DNA of 64,000 bases, taken from IMG/VR virus record IMGVR_UViG_3300028048_000075, positions 32,001 to 96,000 of that record; one strand, 5' to 3'. The notes beneath the pieces were generated by a model, which saw only the letters and a program-made list of their open reading frames with translations, did no database searches and had not been told where the DNA came from. Every line of letters begins with the position of its first letter. The first letter of the stretch is position 1. The DNA comes from a virus. Its lineage: Duplodnaviria > Caudoviricetes. Positions 29,063-39,508 of this stretch are shown piece after piece. Both the position numbers and the translations under genes were made by a program.

Positions 29063-29833
29063 CTATAAAATTGATTGGATTAATGGAAATACGAAATGAA
29101 TGTAATTGTCATCTTTAACAAGAGTTACATCGCCCGTTTCCTGATAAAGATTCGGAGTATAAACTAACGAATCGTTTATATTGTATTTGTACTCTCCTTT
29201 ATGGAGTACATCAGCATAAATAGTTTGATCTTCAGACGTTATATATTTCATTCGGAGTTTACTTAAACGTCTTAAACATTCATATCTCTTTTCATCAGAA
29301 TATTCGTTACAAACACAACAAACATCCTTAAGAATTTTCTTAACAAACGGATAATCAGAAATATAAGGATCCTCAGATTTACTCTGTATTTTGATTTTCT
29401 TTGTTATTCTGTCAAAGAGAATATAGGTATCGTTGTCTATATAAAATAGACTAGTGTATGATATTTTATCTTTATTTCTAAAATAGAAATCGTCTATTCC
29501 GTTGATTGGTGCAATTTGATTGCAAATAATTATACTATCAGTCGTTGTTGCTAAAAAGTTATTAGGTCTAATTTTATTTCTTTCAAGCCATTCATTATAT
29601 ATTTCGATGGTTCTTTTACCAATGGCTTTTCTTATTTTCATACCTTCAGTTTCAAAGATCTTATTGATTTCTTCGACATATTGATCTTTGCTTAATGATA
29701 ATAAATATCCATACTTTTCTGGATCAATTTCATTCAAAATAGTAGGATAAGCCTTTCTTATATTGTATTCAACGATATTAGAATTAATTATATGAGATCT
29801 AATGTTGTTGTTGATTACTTTATAAACTTCCAT
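29063..29833 (-). CDS. small family-B DNA polymerase palm-like protein, possibly inactive
   Basis: IVEYNIRKAYPTIL resembles motif A DxxSxYPSI; LATTTDSII resembles motif C DTDS. Confidence 0.5.
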   Translation of the reverse strand: MEVYKVINNNIRSHIINSNIVEYNIRKAYPTILNEIDPEKYGYLLSLSKDQYVEEINKIFETEGMKIRKAIGKRTIEIYNEWLERNKIRPNNFLATTTDSIIICNQIAPINGIDDFYFRNKDKISYTSLFYIDNDTYILFDRITKKIKIQSKSEDPYISDYPFVKKILKDVCCVCNEYSDEKRYECLRRLSKLRMKYITSEDQTIYADVLHKGEYKYNINDSLVYTPNLYQETGDVTLVKDDNYIHFVFPLIQSIL

Positions 29834-29932
29834 GACATGTGCCCCCGGACTGAGAGTATAATATATAAACTATAATATTTTAAAGTATATTAGTATATAC
29901 GCGAATTATTACTTATATATAGGAGAATACGA

Positions 29933-31036
29933 ATGAAAGATCATTTTATTATTGAAAACCCAATGTGTAATACAATACCTAGCATGGAATTCGATTTTTA
30001 TGCTAGATTTTATGAAAATAATACTGATTGGAGAACTATTATCGATTATTCCATGGGTATCGATTTGTGTTTTACTGAAGATACTCTAGAACGTTTTATC
30101 GAAAGAATCCTTACAGCTAATACTGCTAATAGACTTCCAGAATCTAAAGCTCCACTGGATGCTTTCTTTACTATTTTTAGACTTCCAGTTTCTGAAATTA
30201 AGAACGTTATGAATAAATATTCTGATATTATCGTAAAGAAGAATCTCCCTGATACAATGTCAAAATATTACGTTCTTGCAGTATTGGAAACATTGAAAAG
30301 GATTCTCGAAATCACAGAAGCAAATGAAGAAACTTATAAAGATAAATTCGTCATTGTTGACATATATGATTCTATTGTTGGTTCAGCTTATGTGGGAATA
30401 GAACTTCCTACTGGAACTATAGCTTTTAGAGCACATTCTCTTGGAGAAAAGATCTCTAGAGAAGATGTCCAGATTTCTTTTGCAGAAAAACTCCCTGTAG
30501 CTTACACATCATTCGGACTTAATCCTAACATTTGTTGTTTCAGCGATTATATCTTCTTCCCAACTCCAGGTGCATTCCTAGCTGTCAATAATACTGGAAT
30601 GACTTTAAGTCTTGTTGGTACAGAATTCTCAGCAGAAAAAATCAGAGATTATTCATATAAAAGAATTACACTCAAATTTAACTTTGTGCCAGTTAACGAA
30701 AAGATTTATAAGAATGGCAATGAATACGAAACATTTAAGAATTTCATAGAATATGTAGAAAATGGTTCTATGAATGATCCTATGAAACATCTGCTTAAAC
30801 TTGATTTTAAGCTGGCTTCTATAGAAATCACAGTACGTGGTACAGAAGAAAAAGAAACCGCAGATACATTCAGCAAAGTATTGATCGAAACTTTGTCAAG
30901 AGAGTTTGAAACTAATCTTAATGAAGCTATTGAAAGTGGCGTTCTTTATGATAGTGATACAAAAGAAGATTCGAAAGTCATTGTATTTGATACCAATAAG
31001 ATGAAAGAAGTTCATCTAAGGCCTATTTATAACTAA
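29933..31036 (+). CDS. hypothetical protein
   Basis: AGGAG RBS, 367 aa. Confidence 0.75.
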   Translation: MKDHFIIENPMCNTIPSMEFDFYARFYENNTDWRTIIDYSMGIDLCFTEDTLERFIERILTANTANRLPESKAPLDAFFTIFRLPVSEIKNVMNKYSDIIVKKNLPDTMSKYYVLAVLETLKRILEITEANEETYKDKFVIVDIYDSIVGSAYVGIELPTGTIAFRAHSLGEKISREDVQISFAEKLPVAYTSFGLNPNICCFSDYIFFPTPGAFLAVNNTGMTLSLVGTEFSAEKIRDYSYKRITLKFNFVPVNEKIYKNGNEYETFKNFIEYVENGSMNDPMKHLLKLDFKLASIEITVRGTEEKETADTFSKVLIETLSREFETNLNEAIESGVLYDSDTKEDSKVIVFDTNKMKEVHLRPIYN

Positions 31037-31037
31037 T

Positions 31038-31799
31038 ATGGACGAGTTAGATGCAAGAGCTGAAAAGCTCGAAAAAGAAATAAAGGATTTAGTAGATCCT
31101 AATAAAAAAGAAGTTGTTGTAAACGTCGATGACGATTTACTTGATGAAGAACCATATGATGATCGTTATTTCATTAATGATGGAAATAAAGTCGAAATTA
31201 TTAAATATATTGAGACTCTTATTAGAGGTTCTTTTGAATATTCTTGGTTTATCGATATGCTTAAGAAAACACTTGATGTTAAATCTTGTGTTTTCTTTAA
31301 AGGTTTTTCAGTAACAAATGGGATGAAATTACAATTTCATCATCATCCTTTCACATTATTTGATTACACAGAAGCTGTAGTTAATAAGCTTAAAGCTGAT
31401 ACTGAAGATGGGTTTGTTTATGAAAATGATGTTGCTAGAGAGGTAGCTAGATTGCACTATAAGTTTATGGTAGGTTTAGTTCCTCTCGATCCAACTTCAC
31501 ATCAACAAGTACATGATGGTGTATTGGAAATACCTCCTGAACTTGTTATTGGTAACTATGAAAAATTCTTCGAAGAATATAATCAATGGATACCAGAAGG
31601 AACTAAGATGAAGTATACTGAATGGTTAACTACAAACCATAATACTGAACTTGAAGTTCCTAAGAATTTTAAATACAAACCAACGATAATCAATGCTTCT
31701 AATAAACAACTCATCAATAATGATAACCTGAATGCGTTATTGATAAGTGACAAACTTTCGCAAGTTTCTAATGAAAACATTGCTAAACTTTTAGGATAA
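31038..31799 (+). CDS. HNH-like His-motif protein, paralogue of 40372
   Basis: CVFF..LQFHHHPFTLFD..LH..LVPL...HQQVH. Confidence 0.6.
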   Translation: MDELDARAEKLEKEIKDLVDPNKKEVVVNVDDDLLDEEPYDDRYFINDGNKVEIIKYIETLIRGSFEYSWFIDMLKKTLDVKSCVFFKGFSVTNGMKLQFHHHPFTLFDYTEAVVNKLKADTEDGFVYENDVAREVARLHYKFMVGLVPLDPTSHQQVHDGVLEIPPELVIGNYEKFFEEYNQWIPEGTKMKYTEWLTTNHNTELEVPKNFKYKPTIINASNKQLINNDNLNALLISDKLSQVSNENIAKLLG

Positions 31800-31809
31800 G
31801 GAGCGAGTC

Positions 31810-32562
31810 TTGGAAACCCCTGAATATAAATTAGATCCTCATAGATCCGATATAGTGATTCTTTTAAAATTGCTAGGATACAATGATAACGACATAAATG
31901 ACTTGGATGTTGCCCTAAATTTCAATAAAGAAACTGATGGTCCTACATCTAGAAGAACAATCAAGGTTAATCCATTTTATAAGGCATTGCCATATGGTAT
32001 AAACGAAGGAAAAATATTTGTACCCGAAGCATACAAATTTATCGTTAACGATGATGGAGAAATTGATCTCGAAACAATTTACAATATTTGTATGATTTCT
32101 AGAAATTACTATTATTGGTTTATAATGGATTTCTATCAAAAACGTAGAGTATATGACACTTTAAAGAAATTCAATAAGAAGCCATTAATTGGTTTTCATG
32201 ATCGTTTTGCAGATTTTGGATATCTCTTCGATAAAGTTATTTCGATTGTTGACCAGTATTGTATGGATGATGTACTCGTTTTAGCATCAAAAGAACGTAT
32301 AGCCCATGCAAATATCAATGAAGAAATTCGTAAACTCATTGATCTAAATATGGATCATATTGTACGAATCGTCAATCAAATCAAAGGAATAACAGAACAG
32401 TTTGGTTCTCAATTATTAGCATCGGCTCTAGAATATACAAAGATCTTTTCATGGTTTTTAGTAAAGGATAGAGTTATTATGACTAAACTTGATGGTACGG
32501 AGTTTTTTATTAATGGACTCCCTGAAGCAAGAAATGCTAACAGACGAGAATACTCTAGATAG
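31810..32562 (+). CDS. hypothetical protein (TTG start)
   Basis: AGGAG RBS before TTG. Confidence 0.7.
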   Translation: METPEYKLDPHRSDIVILLKLLGYNDNDINDLDVALNFNKETDGPTSRRTIKVNPFYKALPYGINEGKIFVPEAYKFIVNDDGEIDLETIYNICMISRNYYYWFIMDFYQKRRVYDTLKKFNKKPLIGFHDRFADFGYLFDKVISIVDQYCMDDVLVLASKERIAHANINEEIRKLIDLNMDHIVRIVNQIKGITEQFGSQLLASALEYTKIFSWFLVKDRVIMTKLDGTEFFINGLPEARNANRREYSR

Positions 32563-32571
32563 GAGAAATAA

Positions 32572-33369
32572 ATGAACGGAACAATCATTTTGACTTATGT
32601 TGCACTGGCTTTAGTGTTCATATTGGGTATAGTTGCAATATATTTAAAGAATATTGCTACAAAACTCGAAGCAGAACTTTCCAAACTTTCTGGGCAACCA
32701 ATAGATCAATCTACAATATCGTTTGAGAAAAATTTGCTACGAGGCGCGATAGATCATGCTTTAATGAGAGCTTTGTATTATTACGGGACTATTGACATTA
32801 AATTCGATGATGAAAAATCTCCTGTAAAAGAATTATTCAAAGGTCATTATAGAGATTTAATCACGTATTTGCTTAGACAAGATATTGTTATAAATGTTGA
32901 CGATGATGGTGAAAAACGTTTGGTTCCTTTCTTCAACATTTTTATTAACAAGGTCTATTTACATTATGTTGCGGAAACTCCAGAAACTATAAAAAGATTA
33001 TTCTTTAAATATTTTTCTGGATATAGTGTAGATTCGTATTTTGAAAAACTTCGTGGAAAGCCTTCAGAAATACCATATCTTACTGACTATGTACAGAACT
33101 TTCTATGGAATCAGTTTGACGCTATTGAGCATGATCAGAAGAAGATTATGGAACGACCAGAGGTAGCCAGTTTCAAAGTCAAATTCGAAGATCTTCTCAG
33201 TAGATACGATTATGATTGCTTGAGAAAAATTTATTTAAATATATATAATGATAACGGAGACATTGACACGATTATGTCTTCACCAGGTTTAACAAAACCG
33301 GAAAACAACGTTAAAGAGAAGGAGAAAAAGAATGAGTTTTCTGTTGACTTCCATGAACAAAGCAAATGA
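32572..33369 (+). CDS. N-terminally membrane-anchored protein
   Basis: Hydrophobic residues 4-25; AGGAG RBS. Confidence 0.7.
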   Translation: MNGTIILTYVALALVFILGIVAIYLKNIATKLEAELSKLSGQPIDQSTISFEKNLLRGAIDHALMRALYYYGTIDIKFDDEKSPVKELFKGHYRDLITYLLRQDIVINVDDDGEKRLVPFFNIFINKVYLHYVAETPETIKRLFFKYFSGYSVDSYFEKLRGKPSEIPYLTDYVQNFLWNQFDAIEHDQKKIMERPEVASFKVKFEDLLSRYDYDCLRKIYLNIYNDNGDIDTIMSSPGLTKPENNVKEKEKKNEFSVDFHEQSK

Positions 33370-34873
33370 AGCATTTAGAAAAGCTGGGTCATTTGATTCT
33401 GATATTGGTACATTTACAGGATTTACTCCATTAGACATTCTGTCAGCAAATGTCGAACATGCAAATGATATCGACATTGATATTCTTAATGGTGGTTTGT
33501 TTAGTAGTCCTTATACAGAAATTGGTTTGTCTGCTGTAGGTAAAACTACTTTATGGATTCAAGCTATTGCTGGAGCTATCGATAACTGGAGAGCTTGGTA
33601 TGGACCAGTTTCGGACCTTTTGTTTTATAGTGTAGAAATGCATACTAAACCTGATCGTATTCAGGCTCTTACAGGTTGGGATGACAAAACTATGGCTGAA
33701 ACTATTCATATGGTTTCGGAACCTTGGTCAATTGTCGAAATCTATAACGATATTGCTAAATACGCTAAACAGAAACTTGCTCACAGAAAAGAACTTGAAG
33801 TTGATACCGGAGTTAGAAATATTCTTGGCGAATCTATCAAGATTCTTCCAACAACTTATGTATTGATTGACTCTATTGCAGCTGTACGTACAAAGACAGA
33901 ACTCGAGTACGATAAAGACGGTAACGTTAAATCTACTGATTCTGTAGCTGGTGCATCAAATATGGATGCTATGCAGATTGCGAAAGATAACACATTGTTC
34001 ATTAACGAAGTTAAGAAACTTTGTTCAGATGCGAAGATTTGTGTAGTAATGATCAATCACCTTGTTGAAGTTCCTGTGTTGGATCGTTACAATCCTCCAA
34101 AACCACAGCTTCCTGGTATGAAATTTAATCAGAAGGTTAAAGGTGGTTCAGAACTTCTTTATCAGTCATATTGTGTAGGTCAGTTGTCTATTCGTGAACG
34201 TATGTTTAATGAAAAGCAACAGATTTATGGTCCAAATGTTCATGGACTTATCGCTTTTATGGATTGGTTGAAGAATAAGAATGGTCCTGAGGGTGTACGT
34301 TTCCCAATGGTCTTTGATGGTAATACTGGTTATAAACCGGAGCTTACAGACTTTGAAATTCTTTATACTGAAGGATTGTATGGAGTAAAAGGTTCTCCTA
34401 TGAATTATTATCTTTCCATACTTCCTGAAGTTACATTTACACGTAAGAATCTTCTTGATAAATGTCATGCTAATCCTCTTCTTGCTAGAGCTCTTAGTTT
34501 TACAACAAGACTTTTGTTGGTAAGTAAGATTATCAATCGTGAAACTCCTCCGGATATTTCAGATTTCGAATTGGCAGACTTTGATGAAAGAGTCTTTATG
34601 ATTCTTTCACATTCTTGTGATTATCCTGGATATGTAAACTTTGGTTGGACTGTACCTTATGAGTATCAAAGAATAGCTGATGATTATAACTTTGCTATGA
34701 AACGTAGGGAAGGTCCAAACATTGGTCTTTCAGCTTCAGAAATGTTTATGTATAAAAACGATCTTATCAGTACACAGCAGGTCTTCACCGATTTTGATAA
34801 AACAATAAAAATCGGAGATGAAGAATACTGTATTTCTGATGCGGATTCTGTAGCTAACTGGAAGAAGTCTTAA
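33332..34873 (+). CDS. uvsX: RecA/UvsX-like recombinase
   Basis: Walker A GLSAVGKTT, Walker B VLIDSIAA, VMINHL, KGG, KNK. Confidence 0.85.
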   Translation: MSFLLTSMNKANEAFRKAGSFDSDIGTFTGFTPLDILSANVEHANDIDIDILNGGLFSSPYTEIGLSAVGKTTLWIQAIAGAIDNWRAWYGPVSDLLFYSVEMHTKPDRIQALTGWDDKTMAETIHMVSEPWSIVEIYNDIAKYAKQKLAHRKELEVDTGVRNILGESIKILPTTYVLIDSIAAVRTKTELEYDKDGNVKSTDSVAGASNMDAMQIAKDNTLFINEVKKLCSDAKICVVMINHLVEVPVLDRYNPPKPQLPGMKFNQKVKGGSELLYQSYCVGQLSIRERMFNEKQQIYGPNVHGLIAFMDWLKNKNGPEGVRFPMVFDGNTGYKPELTDFEILYTEGLYGVKGSPMNYYLSILPEVTFTRKNLLDKCHANPLLARALSFTTRLLLVSKIINRETPPDISDFELADFDERVFMILSHSCDYPGYVNFGWTVPYEYQRIADDYNFAMKRREGPNIGLSASEMFMYKNDLISTQQVFTDFDKTIKIGDEEYCISDADSVANWKKS

Positions 34874-34936
34874 TAAAAAAATATTAAGACTTAAACTAAG
34901 ATATATAAATCTTTAAAAGGATGGTGTAGAACAATT

Positions 34937-35116
34937 ATGGGAATCAAGTTCGATAATAAAGCACTTAACGAGAAAAACAAAGAAGCAATTAAAGAAAGCA
35001 GAAAAGCTGAAAGAAAAGAAAACGCTGAGAAGAAAGATGATTCGAAGCGTGACGATGGAACTTATACATGGAGACCTTTTGCTAATCTGAAAGCTATGAT
35101 TGGCGAGAAAAAATAA
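34937..35116 (+). CDS. 59-aa charged peptide ending WRPFANLKAMIGEKK (not in ORF track)
   Basis: ATG..TAA frame between an AACT-N6-TA motif and a hairpin at about 35140-35168. Confidence 0.6.
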   Translation: MGIKFDNKALNEKNKEAIKESRKAERKENAEKKDDSKRDDGTYTWRPFANLKAMIGEKK

Positions 35117-35218
35117 TTACTGTTAAATAATACACATTTGAATGCTCGAGTAACGTCGAGCATTCATTTATATATTATATTCGCGATTATAATCTTTATT
35201 ATATTTAGGAGAATAATA

Positions 35219-37804
35219 ATGAACAGTGCAGATCTATCCGAAGCAGAGATGCAATATCTCATCGACAAGTATTCAGGCGAAAATGCTAATAAGCTTTTTG
35301 CAACAGGCCTTTTAAGTCATCCTTATCAGTCAGCTGGTCCACGCCAGCACATGTTTTCAACACATTATGCACAGCATGTAATGCTTAAGAATCCTGAAAC
35401 TCCTAGGAACTTTACAGGTTGGGAGAATCAGTTTGGAAAATATCTTAACTCTTTTTACAAATCAGATAAGAGTTGGGAAATAGTTGCTAAGATTGTAAGA
35501 CATCAGTCATTTCCAGAAATCCAGTATTTGTTGGTAGTAAAAGAAGTCGGAACTAATAATTTTGACACAATAAAGGTTTCTCATTACGAGAAACTTTCCG
35601 ATCAGCATGGTTATCTTCGTCCATTTACTAATATGGACAACAAATTGCCAGGAAACATTATAAGTAGAGGAGATTTTGTTTATAAAGCAAATTCTCTTGA
35701 TGAATTTGGCAATTACCGTTATGGTAGAAACTACAAAGTTGCATTTCTCTTGATACCAGAGGTAAAAGATGATGCAATTGTAATGTCTGAATCAGCTGCT
35801 AAGAATACACAGTTTGATCTTATTACTAAGACTGAACTTGTAATCAATAAGAATGATGTTCTTCTTAACATTTATGGAGATCTTCAGAATTATAAATCTT
35901 TCCCAATGGTTGGAGAGAATATTTCTGATAAGGGTATCCTTCTTGCTACAAGAAAAATGGAAAAGAAGAATTTATCTGCAGACTTTACTGACATGGCTTT
36001 GCAGAATATTTATTATACTGATAATAAGTTTGGTGCTCATGGTAAGGTTGTTGATATTGATATAGCTGTTAATGATGTTGATGAATTGAATACCGATTTG
36101 CATCGTCAACAGTTAGCAGAAATCTATAATGATCAATTTAGGTATAACGAAGAAATTGTAAATATTCTTCAGCCTATTGTTGCTAACAAGAATAACAGAA
36201 CTACCGACAGACTTGAAAACGAGTTGTTTAATGCAAGAAACTACATATCACCTAATATTAAGTATTCTTCTAATACAGGTAATTTTGAGTTCGCTCATAT
36301 TACAATTTACACTTGTGAGACTCAATGTCTTACACAGGCTATGAAGACTACTAATAGATGTGGTGGTAAAGCAGTTATATCACATATATGGCCAGATGAA
36401 ATGATGCCGGTTGATGCAAATGGAACAAGAGCAGAAGTTATTGCTTCCGCTAATGGTATCCCAGGTCGTGGTAATCCTGACCAGTTATTTGACCAACACA
36501 TTAGTTATACTTCTGATGAAATTCTCAGACGTATGAAAAAGGCTAAGACACCAGAAGATGCTATAAAGATCCAAAACGATTATCTTAGTTATATGAGTCC
36601 TGAATGGGGTGAATACAACAAAGAAGTCGACAAAACAAGAACTAAGAAAGAGAGAGAAGATTATCTCAAAGCTCTTTATGAATCAAGATTGGGTCTCTAT
36701 ATGTATAATCCACCTATAGAAGGTGCTATTGGTTGGAGCAAACTTAAAGAAATTGGTCGAAAATACAATATCAAAGTTTCTAAAGTAAAGATGTCTAAGA
36801 AATACATTGTTCCTGAAGAAATCGCTGCTATGTATGACACAAAAGAAAATATCGATAAAGTCAAAGACTTTATGGAAAATTACACTTTTGATGCAACAAG
36901 TAAGACTCTGAAAAAGAAAGATGGTAAGAAAACTATTACTGAAACTTCTTTCGATCAGAATGCTTATAGCTGTGAAGATATCGGTAAGAAAAATGCTTTG
37001 AAACTTAAGAAGAAAGAGTACGAAGAAAACAAATGGGTTGATGATTATGTTTGGTCTGATAATGATGTTGGACTCGAACATATGGAAGATCCTAATAACA
37101 ACGACACAGCACTTGAAAATTATATTAATACTATTCAAGCACTTGAAGGTGAGTTCGAGAAAGATGATTTCATTCTTAATCAGACTAAGGATAAGTCTTC
37201 ATTCGATACAACAAAATCTAAAGTGTACAGAATAGATAAGAATACGATTGTAAGAGAATTTGTTAGTAAATATCCTGTAGTAATTGGCGATGTTTATCTA
37301 ATGGTTCTCAAACAAATGGCTTCGGCAGCTTTCTCTGCAAGATCATTGGGTTCTATGACTCCATTAGGACTTCCTAATAAGAGCATGAAGAAATCTGAAA
37401 TTGGTAAACCTTATGGTGATACTGCTAACCAGTTCTCTGAAATGGATAATACAGACTTAAAGAACCTAGTTGATCCAAAGAAGGTCTCTAGATTCTTTGC
37501 AGTACAGTCAACTGATCCACAAATGAGATCTGAATGTGCAGAAATGCTGATGTTTGCAGATCCTACAAAATTGCATGATCTTCCATATACGGATGATGAA
37601 ATTGCTTGTGATACTGTTCCTGCAAGACAGCTTGTAGCATATCTTTCATCAATAGGTCTTGAAATTGGTGATACTGATGAAGTTGACCCATATAAGTTCT
37701 TAGATGGTGTAAAGTATAAGTCTATTCCTGAACTGATGAAGAAAGTAGGTATAGATGAAAATAATAACCCGTTTGTAAATATTAAAGGGTCCAGAAACAA
37801 ATAA
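35219..37804 (+). CDS. RNA polymerase beta C-half subunit, probably non-virion RNAP
   Basis: RQHMFSTHYAQ, KDDAIVMSE, KTTNRCGGKAVIS..WPDEMMP, GIPGRGNP, GDVYLMVLKQ, SARSLG, FSEMD; early motif at 35168. Confidence 0.9.
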   Translation: MNSADLSEAEMQYLIDKYSGENANKLFATGLLSHPYQSAGPRQHMFSTHYAQHVMLKNPETPRNFTGWENQFGKYLNSFYKSDKSWEIVAKIVRHQSFPEIQYLLVVKEVGTNNFDTIKVSHYEKLSDQHGYLRPFTNMDNKLPGNIISRGDFVYKANSLDEFGNYRYGRNYKVAFLLIPEVKDDAIVMSESAAKNTQFDLITKTELVINKNDVLLNIYGDLQNYKSFPMVGENISDKGILLATRKMEKKNLSADFTDMALQNIYYTDNKFGAHGKVVDIDIAVNDVDELNTDLHRQQLAEIYNDQFRYNEEIVNILQPIVANKNNRTTDRLENELFNARNYISPNIKYSSNTGNFEFAHITIYTCETQCLTQAMKTTNRCGGKAVISHIWPDEMMPVDANGTRAEVIASANGIPGRGNPDQLFDQHISYTSDEILRRMKKAKTPEDAIKIQNDYLSYMSPEWGEYNKEVDKTRTKKEREDYLKALYESRLGLYMYNPPIEGAIGWSKLKEIGRKYNIKVSKVKMSKKYIVPEEIAAMYDTKENIDKVKDFMENYTFDATSKTLKKKDGKKTITETSFDQNAYSCEDIGKKNALKLKKKEYEENKWVDDYVWSDNDVGLEHMEDPNNNDTALENYINTIQALEGEFEKDDFILNQTKDKSSFDTTKSKVYRIDKNTIVREFVSKYPVVIGDVYLMVLKQMASAAFSARSLGSMTPLGLPNKSMKKSEIGKPYGDTANQFSEMDNTDLKNLVDPKKVSRFFAVQSTDPQMRSECAEMLMFADPTKLHDLPYTDDEIACDTVPARQLVAYLSSIGLEIGDTDEVDPYKFLDGVKYKSIPELMKKVGIDENNNPFVNIKGSRNK

Positions 37805-37835
37805 TTATATATTATAATAATGGAGGTCGAAAGTA

Positions 37836-38645
37836 ATGTTCGAATATACTTTCTATAAGAATGCGACTCCTGCTGTGAAGGAGTCCAATGAAAAGGTGTT
37901 TGGTGAACTTGAACCGGTGTACAAAATGAAGCCAAATAGGTTTGAGCTCCCTATTACTTCAATTCGTCGCATTCTCGGTGACAACTTTTATAGGATGGAG
38001 GGGGCAGATGACATCCTTCACCTTATCGTCTTCGAGAAGGGTGGATTTAACAAAGATGATTTGAATGTCAATGTATCTAAGCTTGGAGAGAACGTTCAGT
38101 TCTTGAACTCTATCTTCCAGAGCTTCGTTGAGGTAAATTCAAATCAGCCTTTTACGAAGGAGTTTATGGAGCAACCGAAGAGTAAGCTTTGTATCACAAC
38201 ACCAACAGGTTTGCAGTCTTTCGAGATTTGTCTTAAGGACTTGTCTCCAATCTGCACATTCGATAACGCAGGTGTTGTAAACGGAATGATCAACATGAAG
38301 GAAATTGTTGATGTATCCGAACAGATCAACAAGGCTCAGCGTGACATCGCCAGTGTTCAGAAGACTGGAAATGTACAGGCTATCGAAGCTTTGCAGAAGA
38401 CTCATTCTGAATACGTTGAGCGCTACAAGACTCTGCAGCTTCAGGTTATTGAAAAGTGGCATGAAATCATCAAGGGTTATATCGAAGATGAAAACGTTAC
38501 AGATGTTTTCGATGTATCTCTGATTTTCAGTGCACAGTTCACAAATCCAAAGAATAAGGAAACCATTAAGGCTACAAGCATTCTTAGCTATCATGATGGT
38601 GCTTCCGACAACGTGAACAAGCTCAAGAAGTTGTTCAACGTCTAA
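37836..38645 (+). CDS. hypothetical early protein, likely highly expressed
   Basis: GGAGG RBS, early motif 37805, shift towards AAG/GAG/TTC/AAC codons. Confidence 0.75.
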   Translation: MFEYTFYKNATPAVKESNEKVFGELEPVYKMKPNRFELPITSIRRILGDNFYRMEGADDILHLIVFEKGGFNKDDLNVNVSKLGENVQFLNSIFQSFVEVNSNQPFTKEFMEQPKSKLCITTPTGLQSFEICLKDLSPICTFDNAGVVNGMINMKEIVDVSEQINKAQRDIASVQKTGNVQAIEALQKTHSEYVERYKTLQLQVIEKWHEIIKGYIEDENVTDVFDVSLIFSAQFTNPKNKETIKATSILSYHDGASDNVNKLKKLFNV

Positions 38646-38709
38646 AAATCTTAAAAGAGGGATGAAAAGGATGTCATCCCTCTTAGTTTCAAAAACATGG
38701 GAGGATAGT

Positions 38710-38919
38710 ATGGGTGTTTTTGATTGTTTGTTAACGGTAATAGCATTGTATATACTACTATCGTATGCGTTGGGTTTCATTGCTGCAATTAGATATTTCT
38801 ATTTGAAGAAATTGGAGAAATCTGGAAAAGATGTTCCAGTTCTTGAAAAAGAATATCTAAAGCATGAAATAAAAATATTCTTTACCTGTACATGGGTAAT
38901 TGGATTAGCTTATAATTAA
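38710..38919 (+). CDS. small membrane protein
   Basis: GGAGG RBS, hydrophobic N-terminus. Confidence 0.6.
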   Translation: MGVFDCLLTVIALYILLSYALGFIAAIRYFYLKKLEKSGKDVPVLEKEYLKHEIKIFFTCTWVIGLAYN

Positions 38920-38934
38920 AAGGAGTGTTGTTCG

Positions 38935-39399
38935 ATGGAATTCGAAATGAACTCAGATGGAAGCATCAAGGTTGTTGGAGATACAAAGGATATCAAACAG
39001 CTTGACAAGAATTCAATTTCAAGTCTGCAGGAATTGGCCGAGAAGTATTACGATACGACTAGGGCAAAAGCAGACGAATCCTTTAAGAAGAACATGGAGT
39101 CTTCCATAACGATGATCAATAACCTTTCCGATGCGAAGGTAAGGATGATCGAAGCTGAAGGTGAAGCTATCAGGAATCGTCGTAAGAAGTCCTTCAAACA
39201 GCTTTTGGAATTTGGAACAGTCATTGGTGGAATCTATGCTGGAGTTAAGATTGCTTTGGCAATTAAATCTCATTTTAAGAAGGAAGATGATTCATTCGAT
39301 CTTGGTATCAACAGTGAAGAATCTCCTATAGAAACACCAGAAGATGCTCCAAAAACCGTGCTCAAGCTTGTTGATACAAGCAAAAAGAGCAAGAAGTAA
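38935..39399 (+). CDS. coiled-coil protein with single TM segment
   Basis: AGGAG RBS; FGTVIGGIYAGVKIALAI. Confidence 0.7.
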   Translation: MEFEMNSDGSIKVVGDTKDIKQLDKNSISSLQELAEKYYDTTRAKADESFKKNMESSITMINNLSDAKVRMIEAEGEAIRNRRKKSFKQLLEFGTVIGGIYAGVKIALAIKSHFKKEDDSFDLGINSEESPIETPEDAPKTVLKLVDTSKKSKK

Positions 39400-39508
39400 G
39401 CAAAAAAAAAAACTTAACAAAGAAAGGAGCTTCTAGCTCCTTTCTTTTTTTTTAGTTACATATTATATTAATGAAAGGATTTATATAAAATTCAACAAGG
39501 AGGTTATT

